A DNA stretch of 64,000 nucleotides from Tubiluchus corallicola (GCA_030141605.1 JAQGDQ010000214.1:310001-374000); one strand, 5' to 3'; shown: positions 39,939-54,756, counted from the first letter of the stretch. The notes: a model not told the origin generated them from the letters alone. Numbers and translations are program-made.

Positions 39939-42589
39939 AGTCATCACAGTAGTACTAATGATATATGTTTTCACATGTTAAACCAAACTTAGTACAGTAG
40001 GCAATACAGCGTAACGAACTAAGTGAAATGATATAAGTTATGGACACTTTAACACTGTCCAAGACATAGTCGTAGTAAGTTTCAAAATAAAAATTATACT
40101 ATCTCAAAATGTCACGAGCGTAGACTGTCAGAGATGAGCAATATGGCCGGTTTATATGATAGGAATTTTTAGAGCAACTTTTCTCGTATAAGCTTTCCAA
40201 AATATTTTCATACATCACAATGCAGTAAACGCGTGAGATTTTGCGGCATTTGTCAAACAGCAAACGTGCACAACATCGCAATGAGAGAAGTCCGTCAAGT
40301 TTGCTTACAGGGATTTGGTGAAAAAATAAACTTCACCAAGAGGTGCATCCCAATTATCGGGAGTTCATGCTACAGTGTGTTTACCTTAGTGCAGAAAAAC
40401 ACGAATTACAGCTTGCAAATGTAATTGCCTAGCAAATTTCTGAGCTGTGGGTGAACAAAGGCAAGTTTAATTTTTTTGTTCTAGCATCACAACTTAGAAA
40501 AACCGAAGGATTGTGACCATCTGCAGAGTACTTGATGCAGCTTTTGATGACTGTTATATTTACTATAGTTTAGTCTGGAAATGGACCATTTCTATAGTCT
40601 AGAAATGGACTATTTCTATTTATACAAGCCAGACTCTAATGATGTCTCGTCAAACCCAAACACGTGAAACAACTTTTTATATGGACTAAAACTGCAATTT
40701 ATGGAGTAAGCCTACTAATGACTTGCGCACGAGATGTTTATGTTTATGTTTAGAGAAGCAAAAACGGAAACGCGTTATATCCCCTGTGACAAGGAAGCCA
40801 TCATAATGCTGATGTACAGCGTAAGGCAGTCCAGCCACAATTCATCAAGGCCTCAAGGTCGTACAAGATAACAGCCGATTAGCTTAAATTCTGCACTAAA
40901 GAAACACAACACCATCCCAGCAACTCTAGCGATAAACGAGAGTTGGGCAACACTATTCACAATATGTAGTAGTAGCGACAACAAAGAGACCTGAAGTTGC
41001 CCGAAGAGCCAAAAACAAACATATAAGCAGTGTCATTCTGTGTAATCTTTTACGGAATTGTAAAAGTAACCTTGTATAATGATATGATCCGTGTGAATTT
41101 TGTTACGTGTACACGTTGTGAAAATATTTTGGCTTTAGTAGGCAGTGACTTGTAAACCTAAATGGCTGGGTTCACTTCTAAATTTTTGTCATACAGTGAA
41201 AATGATTGTAAATGTAACGTCTGATGGCTGTAAACATGTCACTTTAATAAATATCGTCTCACTCACTCGGTAGCATAGACTCGTAATAGGGCCTATATAA
41301 ATATATATATATACCAAGAATATTAATATAAGAGATTATTATAGGTAAAGTGTGAAAGTGTTTAAATAAACAAAATATTTATTTGACACTTTTCTTGAAA
41401 TGCTTAGCTATTATATGAAATGCCTTGGAGTTTTATAAAACGTCTAAATTTGGCATATTTCCTGTAACGTATATGCAAATTCCCGTGACATATTATAAAT
41501 ATGGCTTGGTTTTTACAATTGCTAAATAGAACTCAGCAGATTTGTTCAAATTATATCTTATTACATTATGAATTTTAGGACTTGGAAATGTATTAATTCG
41601 AAATGGTTATACAGTTTTTTTTAATAAGTGTGTAAATAAGTTTTTAAATGAGTTACATTCTCACAAAACTATTGCCACTACAGTTCAGAAAAACCTGTCG
41701 CTCCGTGGTGGTAGTCTTGTATACTATTATTATGGAACACCCGAGAATTCTCACCTGAACCATCAGCGTAATACTCACATAAACCGGTCACACAAAACAA
41801 CATGACTTCAACATAAACAAACAAAATTTCCTAACCACAACAACTCGTGGTCACGTTGCACTCGCCATGCACAGACAACGACTGAATCAAATATCATACA
41901 CGATCATTCTCTACAAACTTATCAAATCATCATTGACGCGACTCCGACGATCCAACAGGAAACGATAAAAAGATCATAAAATACCCGCAGTTTAATAGGT
42001 TATCATTGAAATGCCAGCCATTTAAATATCTCTAGTGTAATACTCCTATTACATCAATCTCTATTTCGCAAACATGGCAGACATAATTGATTAGCCAGTA
42101 CTGCAATTTAATTTCAAAGTAAATCTATTAATGTAGAACAAACTATTAAATTTTGCAAGTGCCAATATACTTAATGCCACTGTACGATAAGGACTCCAAG
42201 GTTATGCCCAAATGAGTGTAAAAACAATTTTTTGAAAAATTTTCGTCTGATTCTAAATCAAGTTGAGCTTATAATTAAAAATGACATAAAAAACAAAAAT
42301 ATTAGTAGTAAGACACCAAGGTGTTGTCTGAGACAAAATTACAATTTATTTATTTAGCAACATGACATAGAATTAGCGTGTATAAAAAACGTATAAAGAA
42401 AGTGGCAGATATCGATATAAACTTCAAATAGCCGCTCAATTGTTTATGATCTTAACGTTAAGATTATCATTAATGTTAGAACAAGCCCAATTAAATTTTG
42501 ATACCAAATTTAAAAGACAGGAAATGTGAAAAAGTTGGAATACAGCCTGGATTTCGAGTTTGATATCAAATTTATATACACAAGCACTC

Positions 42590-42637
42590 GCGCGCGCACA
42601 CGCACGCACGCACGCACGCACGCACGCACACACACAC
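42590..42637. repeat. (GC)n(GCAC)n(CA)n compound microsatellite
   Basis: cgcgcgcgcacacgcacgcacgcacg...cacacacaca. Confidence 0.9.
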
Positions 42638-42799
42638 AAAGTAATATTACTGATCGGAGAATTTCCACTAAGAGAAACAGATACATTTTAGTTGAGAACA
42701 CATAAATACAACTGATTAGTTACATTTTAGTCGAGAACACATAAATACAACTGGTTAGTTCAAGAATATTAGTCCAAAAATAACATTAGTTAACCGTCC

Positions 42800-42950
42800 T
42801 GGGTTGTGTGGCAGAGTGGTTTAGATTTTGGACTGCAACTGCACAGTCTTGCGAGACTAGCGACTGCCAACGCCAGGACATATACCTACATGTTATTAGT
42901 GTGTTGCGTCCTCACTTGCATAGTTGTAAGTGTAAATAAATAGCCATTAG
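42800..42950 (+). mobile_element. tRNA-derived SINE remnant
   Basis: A-box-like TGGCAGAGTGG head followed by a CCTCACTTGC...GTGTAAATAAATAG body; degenerate. Confidence 0.35.
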
Positions 42951-45900
42951 TGCTAATGTTGTTCTGTTAAATGAGCGACCGTAAATAATCTTGTCTTTTT
43001 AATACTAAAGCCAACACAGTACAGAAGCGGTGCCAGAATATTAGAATTTAGTAAATTGGTGGTTCGTCCCACCATTCAAATAACAACGTTTCTGCATTGC
43101 TAAAATTATACAGACTAATTAACGACGACCATACACAAAAGACGGTGAGGTCAAGAATCGGGGGCAAGTACAAACTGGGACATAACGAATCTTCCGAAGA
43201 TTTCTGATACTAACAAATTAATCAAGTGCAGTTTTTCTTGAGCCTAACTGTCCCACAAGGATTAAGCTGTCTGCTATTTCATCTACGCTTAAGCTGCAAT
43301 AATCTGTGCTGGCAGAGAAATACTCTTCACCCCACAGAATAAAACTGCAGTGCGATTGTGTACATACGTAAGCGAAAGCAAAACTAACTCAAAATTTCAA
43401 AAAGTACAAGCAAAATTTAGAAAACGTGAATAAGTAAAACTAAGTAAAACAAGCTTATCTCATTTAGTACTTTTATATCAGGTTAAACATTCACATACAG
43501 TTTCGGTTTTGCTTAAGAAAGTCACACGATACAGTTGCACGTTGCTGAAAGGTTCTCAGAAAAAGATTACTAGTGTGAAAGCGTACAGAAGACGTTTCAC
43601 TTCTCAAAAAGTAGGTTAAAGGAAATCTGTAAAAACTTTGAGCAGAATAGAAAGACCTGGTCTTTTGCAGAAAAAGCTACAGCAATTAGTCAAGCGTGAC
43701 CGACCGTTCACATGCAAAAAAACTATAGATAAGTGTATAGTCACATACTCAGCACACTCAGTGAAGAGAGAAGATGAGGGCGATGACTCGCACTCGCTAT
43801 CCCATCCTGGAAATAACTTAATAATTTAACCGACTTCCATTCGTGCACCCAGTACTGTATGCACACTGTTTACCACACATAATATATAGTAACTGATGGA
43901 CGTCTGGAATGAAACGAGTATTGATTTTAATAACAGCGGGAAATGAGAAAAATACGAAACTCATTAAATTTTACAGAATCCCGTAGAACATCTGAAGGCG
44001 TGCAGCGAGACTAGAGAAGTCAGAAGTATAATTCATCTTGTCATTATGATGTTTTTTTTACTGAATGAATGGATCTACCACAATAAGATGAAGCCATAGG
44101 TATTGTTCAGTTATTAACTGATAACAAATTCAGCAATTCACAGACTTACTGCAAAAGGTTGAAAAGCTTGCAGGCGTCACCTGACAAAAAACTGAAGTTC
44201 AATACCCAGAATAAACCAAGAGCATGTAAGGGCTCTGATTTCCAGTGGCAAACAGATCTGAAGAAAGCTCAGCCCATGTTTGGGCTGGTTAAGAACATCT
44301 GCAAGAAACACAACACAAACACTTGTAAAGTTCGCAACTAAAAAACATCAACTACACAAAGAGATCCCTGCGAGTTAAATGACACCGAATTTCTTTTTCT
44401 AGAACGTTCTTGAAATCTTTTTCAGTTTTAATTTCTTCTAATAGAGCGAACATTGCCAAAAATACACGCAATGTTGTGGTCTGACATGTCCTCATTGCTA
44501 TCAAGTGCATATGAAAGTATCGTTTGAATACTATTTGATGCTATCCTAACTAATTCTGATCACGAACTGAGTTCTTGACCTAATTGGCAAAAATGAAATT
44601 GATAGTACAGCCTACACACAATGCTGCCTACTTGAATACCTTGAATTTAGTTGGTATTACTTTGGCATTGGTGACATTCCTCACACACAACTTCACAAAA
44701 GGATGATATGGTTTACTGCAACCGTTGAATTGACCGTGTGCATCGCAGAAAACATTTGCCCTATAGAACTGTATGGAGGCAGACAAAACAACATACCAGA
44801 GACATGATTAACAGACTGAGAGCCAAGATTTACTTTTAAGGGAGGAACAAAAACGAGGTGATCATCCACTATGATAAAACGACGTTTGTTGACATTTCTT
44901 ATTAAAATCATAAGCGATATCGAAGCTTCCTACAAGTTTCGTTATTTTAGAACATCATTTGGCAATACAAATGCTACCAATTAAAAATTGCACTGGAACT
45001 GTCTCTGAATGGTTTCTGTCAGAAGACAAAGCGCTGTTACCAAGGGAAAGCATTGGGAGGACTGTCAGCTATTTTATATGTTTAACGAAACAACAGAAAG
45101 CGTGAAATGAAAATGTTATTCTTGCCAGATAAAAAGCAAATTAAAACCTCAATGGAATTCTCATCGTTGACGATTCAGGCAATAAAAGATCTGGAAAGTT
45201 GCCAAGCAGAGGATATGGACACAGCATGTTGCCTATGCTCATAACAATAACCGCCTATAACACTGACGACAATGGTGACGGCGGTGCGTAAGAACCGTGA
45301 TGTGATGAGAAGTTAATATTCGTTTGCAATTTTCGCATTTGAACAAGTACATATTTATACTGAAGAATATTTTTCACACTTTTATTCTTCCAATTAAAAC
45401 AACGATAATGATGACAACAATTATTGTTTCATACTTTTTGTTTAAGAATACACGTGTTCGTTTACTCAACCATATAAGCCCTCTAGTCAACAGGTGTTTA
45501 ATAAAGAAAACTTCAGAATTAGACCACAAACACCTAAACAGACAAGAAATATTTATCCTCACAGATTCAGGGATTCAGGAAGTATCCGCCACAAATTTGC
45601 AGAATGTAAGCCTTTGAAATCCGCCACAAGTTTGTAGCCTTTGAAAAGGCTACAAAATCTAGATAACTCTTCAAAATGAGAAATGACCTGAGTGACCATC
45701 TCAAGTGTCAGTTAAAACCAATATTTTTAAGTTTAGGATACTTTGGTGTAATATTAATGGTGAGAATGACTACAATGATGATGAAGATGACCATGACCAT
45801 GATGCTGACAGAGAAGATGCTGGCGATGATGGTGATGACGAAGGTGAGACTAGTACATTTGGCTTCAGTCACTTTTTTCTTCATTTACCTTCAAGCTATA

Positions 45901-47640
45901 AAGGTTTCTGAGTTAAAGTTACTCCTTAATCTCGAAATTATGCAAAAGCCCGCGTGTCTCCAACAAATCCCTTAAGAGCAAACATGTTCAATCTCCACCG
46001 CGAGTAGGGCAGCCATCAGCTCATATGCAGAAAGCCTGCCAACCATTAATCCAGCTGTCATACAGAAATATACGATCGAATATTATAGTTCCAGCCGTTT
46101 AGCCCAAACATTTTCAGAACATCATAAATGACATCCAGCATATTAGAATCAATATTCCACGCCAGACGCGCATTACCCAATTTTAGATTTAATATAAATC
46201 AGGCTAAATTGTTCTGGGAACGACTGCAAATGCAAAGTTGTTCGTGGAAATCAAACTGGACAAGGAAATTAAGTTTATTCTACCGCGCAAGTTGTATCAA
46301 TTGCAGGCGACGATAATGCATTCCTAAACAAGTAAATAAATGAAAATAAATCCACAGGGCAGACATTGTGAAACTTGGAGATGCAACAATTTAAATTTGA
46401 TTCTCTTTAACCAGCTTTAAAATTTTTATATAGGCCTGTCGAAATTGTTCTTGTTTTGCTAGTTCCATCACTACTATGTGTGTAGCAAAGTAAAATGAAC
46501 GAAAGGTAGAAAGATAAAATCTTTAGCTCAATTCACTGTTTTTCAACTAAAATAAGACACTGCTTATGGAAAAATCTCAAATCAGCGACTAGTAATTGGA
46601 GAGTACAATTTCTCAGGCTTCAAACTCAAAGAAAGACCGCAATTTCCTGGATGACAATGTTCTATTGAACGACAGCCCACAGACTCATTACTGTACACGA
46701 GAAATCACATTACAATTTTACAAAACAAAACAATTCGAGGATGAAACCACAAGAAGTACAAATTTCACCAAGAAATTTTCAAGTGTACATACATTTCCAA
46801 GAAAATACTAAATCCGCGGCCTTGCTTAACACACTTTACATAGACGATGGCAACCATTTTTTATGTCAAAACTAACTTAACGAGATTTCGTATTAGTGCT
46901 CAAAAATTAGCAATTGAAATCGGTAGATAACATAATACCTGTAGAATAACGAGTATGTAAAAATTGTTGTTTGAACAAAATAGACGGTGGATTGCATGTA
47001 ATTACTGAATGCCCACTGTATGCTCACATAACAGAGGAATGTTTTTGTATTCTTTTGAAACTTTCATTATATGTTTCCGAATGAGCAGTTCGGGTTTTTA
47101 AACGCATCATAAGCTGTAGATGTTATTAAAATGTGGCTAGATTGATCCAGAAAATATTTGAAGACAGGCCCGACTGAGATAACTCGGTGAAAGTCTGATT
47201 GACTGACTAACTGTAATACATGTAATATTAAGTTTATGATATGTACGTCTAGTTTTTTCTTTGTCTCTTGTAATTTGCTTTGCTCAATGGTTCAACAAAT
47301 ATAATACTGTTTTTCTTCTTACAATGTCATACCCTGTGTTCCGGATCTACACACATACCTCTTAATAAGACAACAATTTTAAACTGATAAATTCACCGGA
47401 TTCGTAGTTCTTCAAGTCGTAGTAGGTGAAGCAAACATGACAACAAAATGCGACGCGAATGAAATTCGTGAGTAATTAAGTGGTAAATTTAGATTGTGCA
47501 ATAACCACCACCGAAAGGTGAGTCTAGAAAAGTAGTTACTGGACCACACCGTCCTCTGAAGTAGCTACAACTCTAAGGCAGAGATTCATGGTGTTCTTAA
47601 TGAACAACTCAGTAACGAAATATAAGCAAGAAAGTCTTAC

Positions 47641-47701
47641 CTTTGAGTCGCTTCTTTTTCTTGTGCTGGGGATTTCTCAAAAGCGCGTGCCAAGCAATCA
47701 T
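47641..47701 (-). CDS. Candidate alternative first coding exon of Caskin (MIAWHALLRNPQHKKKKRLK-E)
   Basis: AAAATG start context, 61 nt, AAG|GTAAGA donor; phase 1 matches the 36835 SH3 exon. Confidence 0.45.
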
Positions 47702-48438
47702 TTTATAAAGAATTTTCTATCTTTATTGATGAGCTTATAATACATTACAGTTTCTTTATTACCAGTATAAATTCAGGCACATATTAGCTATACCTGTCAA
47801 GCGTAGAATGTACATCCTACTGCAAATTGTGCACAAACACAGGTTCACTAGACTAAGTGCTGGTGTAATTATCACTCATTTGTTTAAACAGGATAAAGTT
47901 CACTCATATTACACGTAATGTTTATAATATAACCTATAAGATGCAATTACATTTTCAGTATTATTGAACCTGTCTTGATCATAAATAACACTCGACACAC
48001 CTTTTTACAGCGCCACCAGTAGCTTTGAGTCACATTTGAAATTCAACATTTGGCTAGCGCATCTACCGTAAAAAAACTTTTCAGTTCGTGTACTTTTCCC
48101 TACGTATGTTGACACAAACTGTGCATTTGAGTATGAGCACTCTTATATGCATACAGGATTTTAGTTTACCGAGCGTTTGGCTAACCTATAGACTTTTGCT
48201 TATACACACAGTGTCGCAGGACGAAAATAGGATATTACTAACTTCGTTACGCTTTACTGCTGCCTAAAGGTCCTACACCTCATGGCAAAAAAATAGCGAC
48301 TATATTTTTACTTCAACACGTAATGTACTATACGAATCTCAAAATAGATTCCTCATAAAATGATGACGTCGTTGGCCTGTTTCATTTTTACCTGCCACAG
48401 ATCGCCTTCATTATTACGATTATAAATAAAAAACTTAC

Positions 48439-48496
48439 TTGCAGAAGGAGGGCTATCATCACCATATCCAAAACAGCGACTGCAGAGACTCATCAT
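48439..48496 (-). CDS. Candidate alternative first coding exon of Caskin (MMSLCSRCFGYGDDSPPSA-K)
   Basis: 58 nt from ATG to a GTAAGT donor; phase 1, in frame with the 36835 exon. Confidence 0.45.
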
Positions 48497-49839
48497 GATA
48501 GCTTTCAGATCATAGCAAACTGCCCAAATATAATCAAAATTGTTTCAAATTTCAAAACATGCAAGAACAGCGCGCTTGACCGATAATTTCGTCACTGTTT
48601 GCAGAAACTGTACAAATTCTGCTCTCTTCCACGCGTCGAATGTGCCAAGTTAGTGATACAAGTAGGCAGGAGTTGACCAGATGGAATATTGCTTCAGACA
48701 CGTGCCAAAGTACTTAGTGTCAACAGATCATGAGTCCCAGGTGTGGTCAAGATGAGTATTTGAGTTCATTAAACAGCAGACCCTGGACAAGGGTTGCTTT
48801 TAGCTGCCTAGACAAACACCATCTTCATTAGACAAGATTATGACGGCTTTTGCATAAACATATGGTGCGTTCTACATGTGGCGGCTGGTCCAACACTGTT
48901 AATACATTAAACAAACAATGCTGATGAATCACGAAGTCAAACGATAGCTAACGAGATGAACATCCAGGAGCCAGAATTGGTTAGCTCTTCGAAATTTTCA
49001 TTTTCGTGAGTCGTATTTCGAAATTCAGGTTAGGCCGTGCTTTCGTATTTTCAATGTTTTGACTGTTTTGTAGATCAAAACGCTGCTTAGACAATGCAGA
49101 AAACCTGTTAGGAGCTTTGGAACGGCTTGCACGGGTTAAACTTTCTGTCGACGCCGCCAAATACACCTAAAATACGTTCCTCTGGCTAATACCTTCACAG
49201 TATGTCCACCAATCAACCTGGTCAGTCATCTGTGCACAATCACTTCTACACTCACCAGACACTCTAGTAACATTGAATTATTTCATCCAGTCTAAGTCTA
49301 AATTCACCTCGACGCACAGCAACCAGTTTCAGACTTTCGAGTAAAACTCGTCAAACAATATTTTCTCTGCAAAGAATGGACGACTAGTTGAATTATCTTC
49401 AACGACAGTCAATAGGCACTTATTTTATGTGGTAAGTATGGGATAATGCGAGCAAAAGTTCTGCGAAATGCCATTCCTGTTATCTAACTTACTGGAAGCG
49501 ATCGATCGTGACATTTGCTTTCCCAAAGAACAAATCCCATGTGGGCTCTCTACCAATGTAACACCAGCAAGCCAATTCAGCATAACACCAGCGAGGTGTT
49601 CTTACTAAACTACAGTATTAAAGAGGAAGAAAGGAGAATTTCAAATTATATCCCAAAGAATTTGCCATATAAACTTATATTACTTAGCATTGCACAGACC
49701 CGCTTGGAAGACTTGGAAAGAAAATGTAACTGGAAAAGAAAATTTTTAATACTTTAACATGTTTGCACCGCCTTGTAAAACGGTAATGTGTGGCCATCCC
49801 ATTGTGCACTACTGGCTGACCAAAAACACATTATTGATC

Positions 49840-50052
49840 TTATTGACTCTATAAAGTAATTTAAAGTTTTGCTTAGTTGGCAAAGTGTTCTCATTATTTT
49901 TTCAAAGTTATCTAAGCTTGTCTCGAACGACTTATAGTTAAAATGGATGTACTTAACGGTCGTCGCACTTAACGGACAGCACATAAGCAATAGAAAATTT
50001 CGAGACGAATTTTTAAAGTTCTATTTATGAAGAGCGTTTTCTTGTGCTTTAA
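49840..50052. mobile_element. Truncated copy of the TTAA element at 57536-58199
   Basis: Shares GTTATCTAA(G/A)CTTG..TCGAA(C/T)GAC..AAAATGG..TAACGGTC and the terminus TTATGAAG..TTTTCTTGTGCT|TTAA. Confidence 0.6.
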
Positions 50053-52599
50053 GGAATTTGAATTTGTATAATACTGGCCAACCAGCCTCATTTAGCAACA
50101 TGGGAATTTCCTTGTGAAATGTAAACCTTTACTAAAATGTGTACCTTACCCTTAAAGGTCAACTGACACCCTGGTAGACACTTGACTATAATATCACTTA
50201 TCGTTACAAAAGGACAAGCTGTTATCAAAATCTTACTCTTCGATTAGTTGTTAAGCTGACTTCTCTATTAAACAAACAGTAAGTACACCACCCACTTACC
50301 ACTGCGTCCAACCGACTGACCGACTAACTACCCAACCAGCCTAGTTAGTTTGCCTAAGCGACTAACAGAGCTGCGATTCTATAGCATAGATACTCGCCAG
50401 GCATTTATAGGGCCACAGGCAGCTACAGCACACTATCCTATTATTATCTAAGCATTTATGCAAACTATCTTACTAAATTCCCGCTGGGTAAATTCCAAGC
50501 GGACTGCCCATCCTACGTCCCCATTCTTAACTTCACGCTAATCCAGCGTACTTACAGAAATGACGAACTTTTCCTCAGCCAAATATTCTGTCGACACTAC
50601 AATGTAAGGATAAACATTAAACCAGTTTAGGTTTTATTATAAGCAACATAATAAAAATGGTGGAGAATTTGTTTATATCCCCTCATATCCCGGCTGCGCA
50701 CGCTTGTAAAAACGCATCAAAGTCTTTCTTTTGCCAGTGAATGGGAAAAGAGCTTTAGGGCTTTTACACCAGTTTCTGTAATTCATTCACGTAATACTGC
50801 GTTACACGATTGTCAGCGCACGATTGCTTTACATTTACTGCTTGTAAAATTGACTGTCTTGCTAGTCTTGGAGGAACCAACACGTCCATAATGCGTTTTA
50901 TACTACGGAATGTGAGCGAAAATCCTTGAACGAACAGGCTGAACAACCGATAGAAAAACTAAATGAAAGGAAATATTTGCACTTGTTAAATTTTGCTAGA
51001 AAAGGTATTCATCTTTTTCGTTTTAGTGGTTTTAGACCAATTGCTTAGACACATGCAGCACTCTTTAAGAAAAAAGCATTTTTTGCATGCCGGGTTTTAT
51101 TCCAAATCTGTGCAACAAGGCTGAAGTGCCTTAATTTTTCTTTTAAACCTGCAATTATATACTCTGATTATTACAGAATTCTGTTTCTAGTTATGGTATG
51201 TTACTCTCTCCTTTTAGAAGTTTGACGAGAATTTAGGTTTACCAAATTCAGTCAACAGTCATTAAGTAGTATCAGCAAATTCGCACCCAATACAACACTT
51301 TTATGCAGTGCGTAATCGAGTTATGAATTCATTCACAGGTCAAGTCTTTCAAACTTGCGCAATCGAATTCCTCTGCGTATTCGAGTCAACGGTTTCATCT
51401 TACCAAAGTCAATGGCATGTAGACGCTGTACTGATCAATGGCATTTATTTAGCCTCTGCCGGACTGCACAATGCTCACTCGTTCAATTACTGTAAACATC
51501 TTTAACGGGATCATATTCCATCATTGTCAGCAGGCTTCTGAATGGGGCTTTGAATCGAAGCGACCGAGGAATCTGTCTCCTTGAAATCACAAAAAATGCG
51601 ATGCTCAACAGTATCAATACCAATCAGCTCATCACTTGAAGCAGCGTTTGACAGACAACAACACTTTTTATCCAGCATGCTTTAACCTTAACAAGTGACG
51701 AACAATTTTACATAAGCACTTATTAATGTATTTTAGCATACTGGATAATTTTTAATGTTAGCTAATGATTTATGCATCCATTAACTTTAAAAGTATTAAC
51801 GACTAACTGACCAACTCAATTTTGTTCCCATCAAGCAACCTATCCTTCTAACTTTTAAAATTATACCGTTCTTTAAATACGACAGTCCACATAATTGATG
51901 ACAAAAACGACGCACTCCTTTGACCAAACCTTAACTGATCACTTATCACTGTCAATTCAATTTCATGACTGGCTTCCAAGGCCTAAACACGCACGTGAAT
52001 CGATGGTCACAAACCGCACTTTTATCAATGAATTCGATCACACCGACTATGCAGACTGCAACCATTCAAAATTCTCATTAAAACTGCTTGTCAGACATGG
52101 CAACACGAAAGACGCTACTTCAACAGAAGGATAATAAACAATTTTACGCTCCACATGAAAAGGCACTTTGGTAAGACTTATTAATAAATTTCAAACGCTC
52201 TCTAGTCGTTTTATACCAGAGAGAATCATTAAAGGCGGCAGACAATCTAACGAACGTTGAAGTACAGCTATGTAGAAAATCTCTATCTCTAAATTTGTTA
52301 CACAAGAAGCTTGTGAAAAAGTTAAAGATCTATGTAAGTTGGGTTTTTTTCGTTAGTAAACTAAAATGGAGTGCGGCACAGATGGTACACAACCTATACT
52401 CTCATTTTACTTGAATTCTGTATGCAGTCGACTGGCGTATATACTGAGAGCTCTTGTCGAGGCTCTGCGCTCTGTACAGGCAACACATTACATTTTGATG
52501 CTATTACCTTTCTTTCTATCTACCAGTCAATATAACAGAATATCAATATAACAGGTTTCAACTTCCACATTGTGCATCTGATACTAATTACACAGACTC

Positions 52600-52956
52600 A
52601 ATTTTCCATAACTCCGTAAAATGATTAAAAATGTAAAATTAAAAAAAATTATGTAATGTTTCTGTTGTGTCATGTTAAATGTATATATAGTGTAAAATAT
52701 GTCTTGTAAAATTTAATGTTTTTTTTTGTAATATTGTTTTGTAAAAATATTTTAATCTTGTGTTTGTAAATATGTTCATTTATTGTATATAATTAGGCCT
52801 TAGTTTTACACTTTAGTTTTTTTAGTCTGCACTGGACGCATTTGTCTTGAACAGTGTTGTTTTTAACATTACGCTGAGGATTACTCAATTTTATTGTAAT
52901 GAGTGAGCCATTTTTAATGACAAATAAAGAATTTATATATATATATATATATATAT
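52600..52956 (+). mobile_element. Probable LINE 3' UTR remnant ending in AATAAA and (TA)n
   Basis: T-rich tract, then TTACTCA..TTTATTGTAATGAGTGAG..CAAATAAAGAATT(TA)n; architecture resembles a retroposon tail. No ORF seen. Confidence 0.4.
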
Positions 52957-54559
52957 CAGATATAATTAATTAGTGAAAAATATGCCGACACTGCAACGTT
53001 GAGCACGGTTTTTCCTCACTGAAGTATATTTGTAACAATGACTTTAAGGAATCGATCTGCTTTGCAGCCTTGTCTATTCTCCTAACACCTATTATTTAGC
53101 AAGGATATATGCCCCACAGAAGGAAAGATTACTTACATATTGAAGCTGACGATCACAATCTTAGATAATTTGGAAGAAGTTGGTACATTCTCAGCACGAT
53201 TTAAAAAAAGGACTATAAGATGTGCTTTTTTCTGAAGTCATCAATGAATCAGCAAAATAAACCTGCTGCGGACTCACTTTTCTGCATTTCGTCTTTAAAC
53301 TGTCACTTCTTGTGAATTTTTATAATGACAACATGTTGCCCTCTATTTTGACCTTGTGACGTTCGGAATGTATAGAATCTACACTGCTTTATTAATGACA
53401 GCTTTTGTAATTTTTAATGTGTTCATCTCAATAATCAGCAGTATATGTGTGCTTTTTGGTGACAATTTACTGTATATAAAACCAAAGAAACAAGCCAACA
53501 TCCTTTCAAAAGGAAATTTCTATGGTGTTATTCTCAAGTGCATGTTTGCTCGCCACATCATAACCACATAACCACATGATTACGAAAAAAATTATATAGT
53601 CAGCTCAGTTTTTAGTGAATCATAATGAGGACAACTCACCACCATAGGGATAATAAAGATCCTGATTAATGGGAAAGCAATTCGTTATCTTTGGTCATTA
53701 AACTAAATTGATTTGACAAATCAGGCACTGTTCTGCATGTTAACTGTAAACTGGTGTAATAACTCCGCGCCTCATTCTCAAGCACGCAGTTCTTTACATT
53801 GCGAAAGGCTCAATTAAACACGACGCATCCATGACAATCAGGAAGAGATACATGCAGACATTCTGGACATTCGTCAGTTCACGTTTCATCTGTAAGCGGC
53901 CAAAGTTTACTTTTTGAAGTGTTCATCCTTTCTTAATCATCTCTTCTAGGCGAACATTAAACAACTTTGTCATGTCGTCCATTATTGATACGCCACTTAT
54001 GCAAAGAGGCTTACAGCCAACAGTGATTGCTTATTCCATTAAACCCTTGAAATGACAGCTATGACTAAACTTCCAAAAATGTCTATCCCATTCTATATAT
54101 GCCTCACTTCCAATTATGATGAGGGATTTGGGAATAAACCAAAAGTTTCAGTCTTAAATAACCCATCCGTCACTGTCGTTTCGGGAAATATTATCAATGA
54201 TCAATCTTTGTAGAATGGACTGATCGAACGAGGAAATACTCTAACACAGAGAACTGCTGTGGCAATTAGTCACGCACAGCAGCCAGAGCAAATGCTAATG
54301 CACACCATATCTATAGTTAACTTTAGAAAGCATAAATAGTGTTAGCACCCAAGATTACTGAATTCAGAGACAAAAGATTTATGACAAGCGACAAGCATCT
54401 GTCGCAGTTCTGATGGTAGCACGTATGATTGGAGTGATAATGTAAATTACGTAAGACAGGCGTCAAGTGTTAATTGGCTTCATTCAGGTATTCCTAACAA
54501 CGACATGAGTCATTTCATTCCTCTGGCATATCGGTGCTCATCGAAAAGCGACTATAGAT

Positions 54560-54756
54560 TGACGGCGCGTCCAGACTAGAGAGTTTTCTCTCGCGAGTTC
54601 TGTCGCAAGTTTTGCTGAATGTCAGATCGTGCTTACTGTCGGAGAGAACTCTCAGCAACACTTGTCGAGAGAGCTCGTAAAGCCATTCACACTTGCGAGT
54701 TTACTCTCAGAGAGAAAACGCGCGAGAGAAAACTGCCTGGTCTGAACGCGCCGTCA
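54560..54756. mobile_element. Short GC-rich MITE with long TIRs
   Basis: TGACGGCGCGTCCAGACTAGAGAGTTTTCTCTCGCG ... CGCGAGAGAAAACTGCCTGGTCTGAACGCGCCGTCA (inverted, few mismatches). A related internal fragment lies at ~9065-9140. Confidence 0.75.

Noticed and set aside
51512-51679. 55-aa minus-strand ORF MLDKKCCCLS... as a Caskin first exon
   Set aside because: It ends in a stop codon with no in-frame donor.
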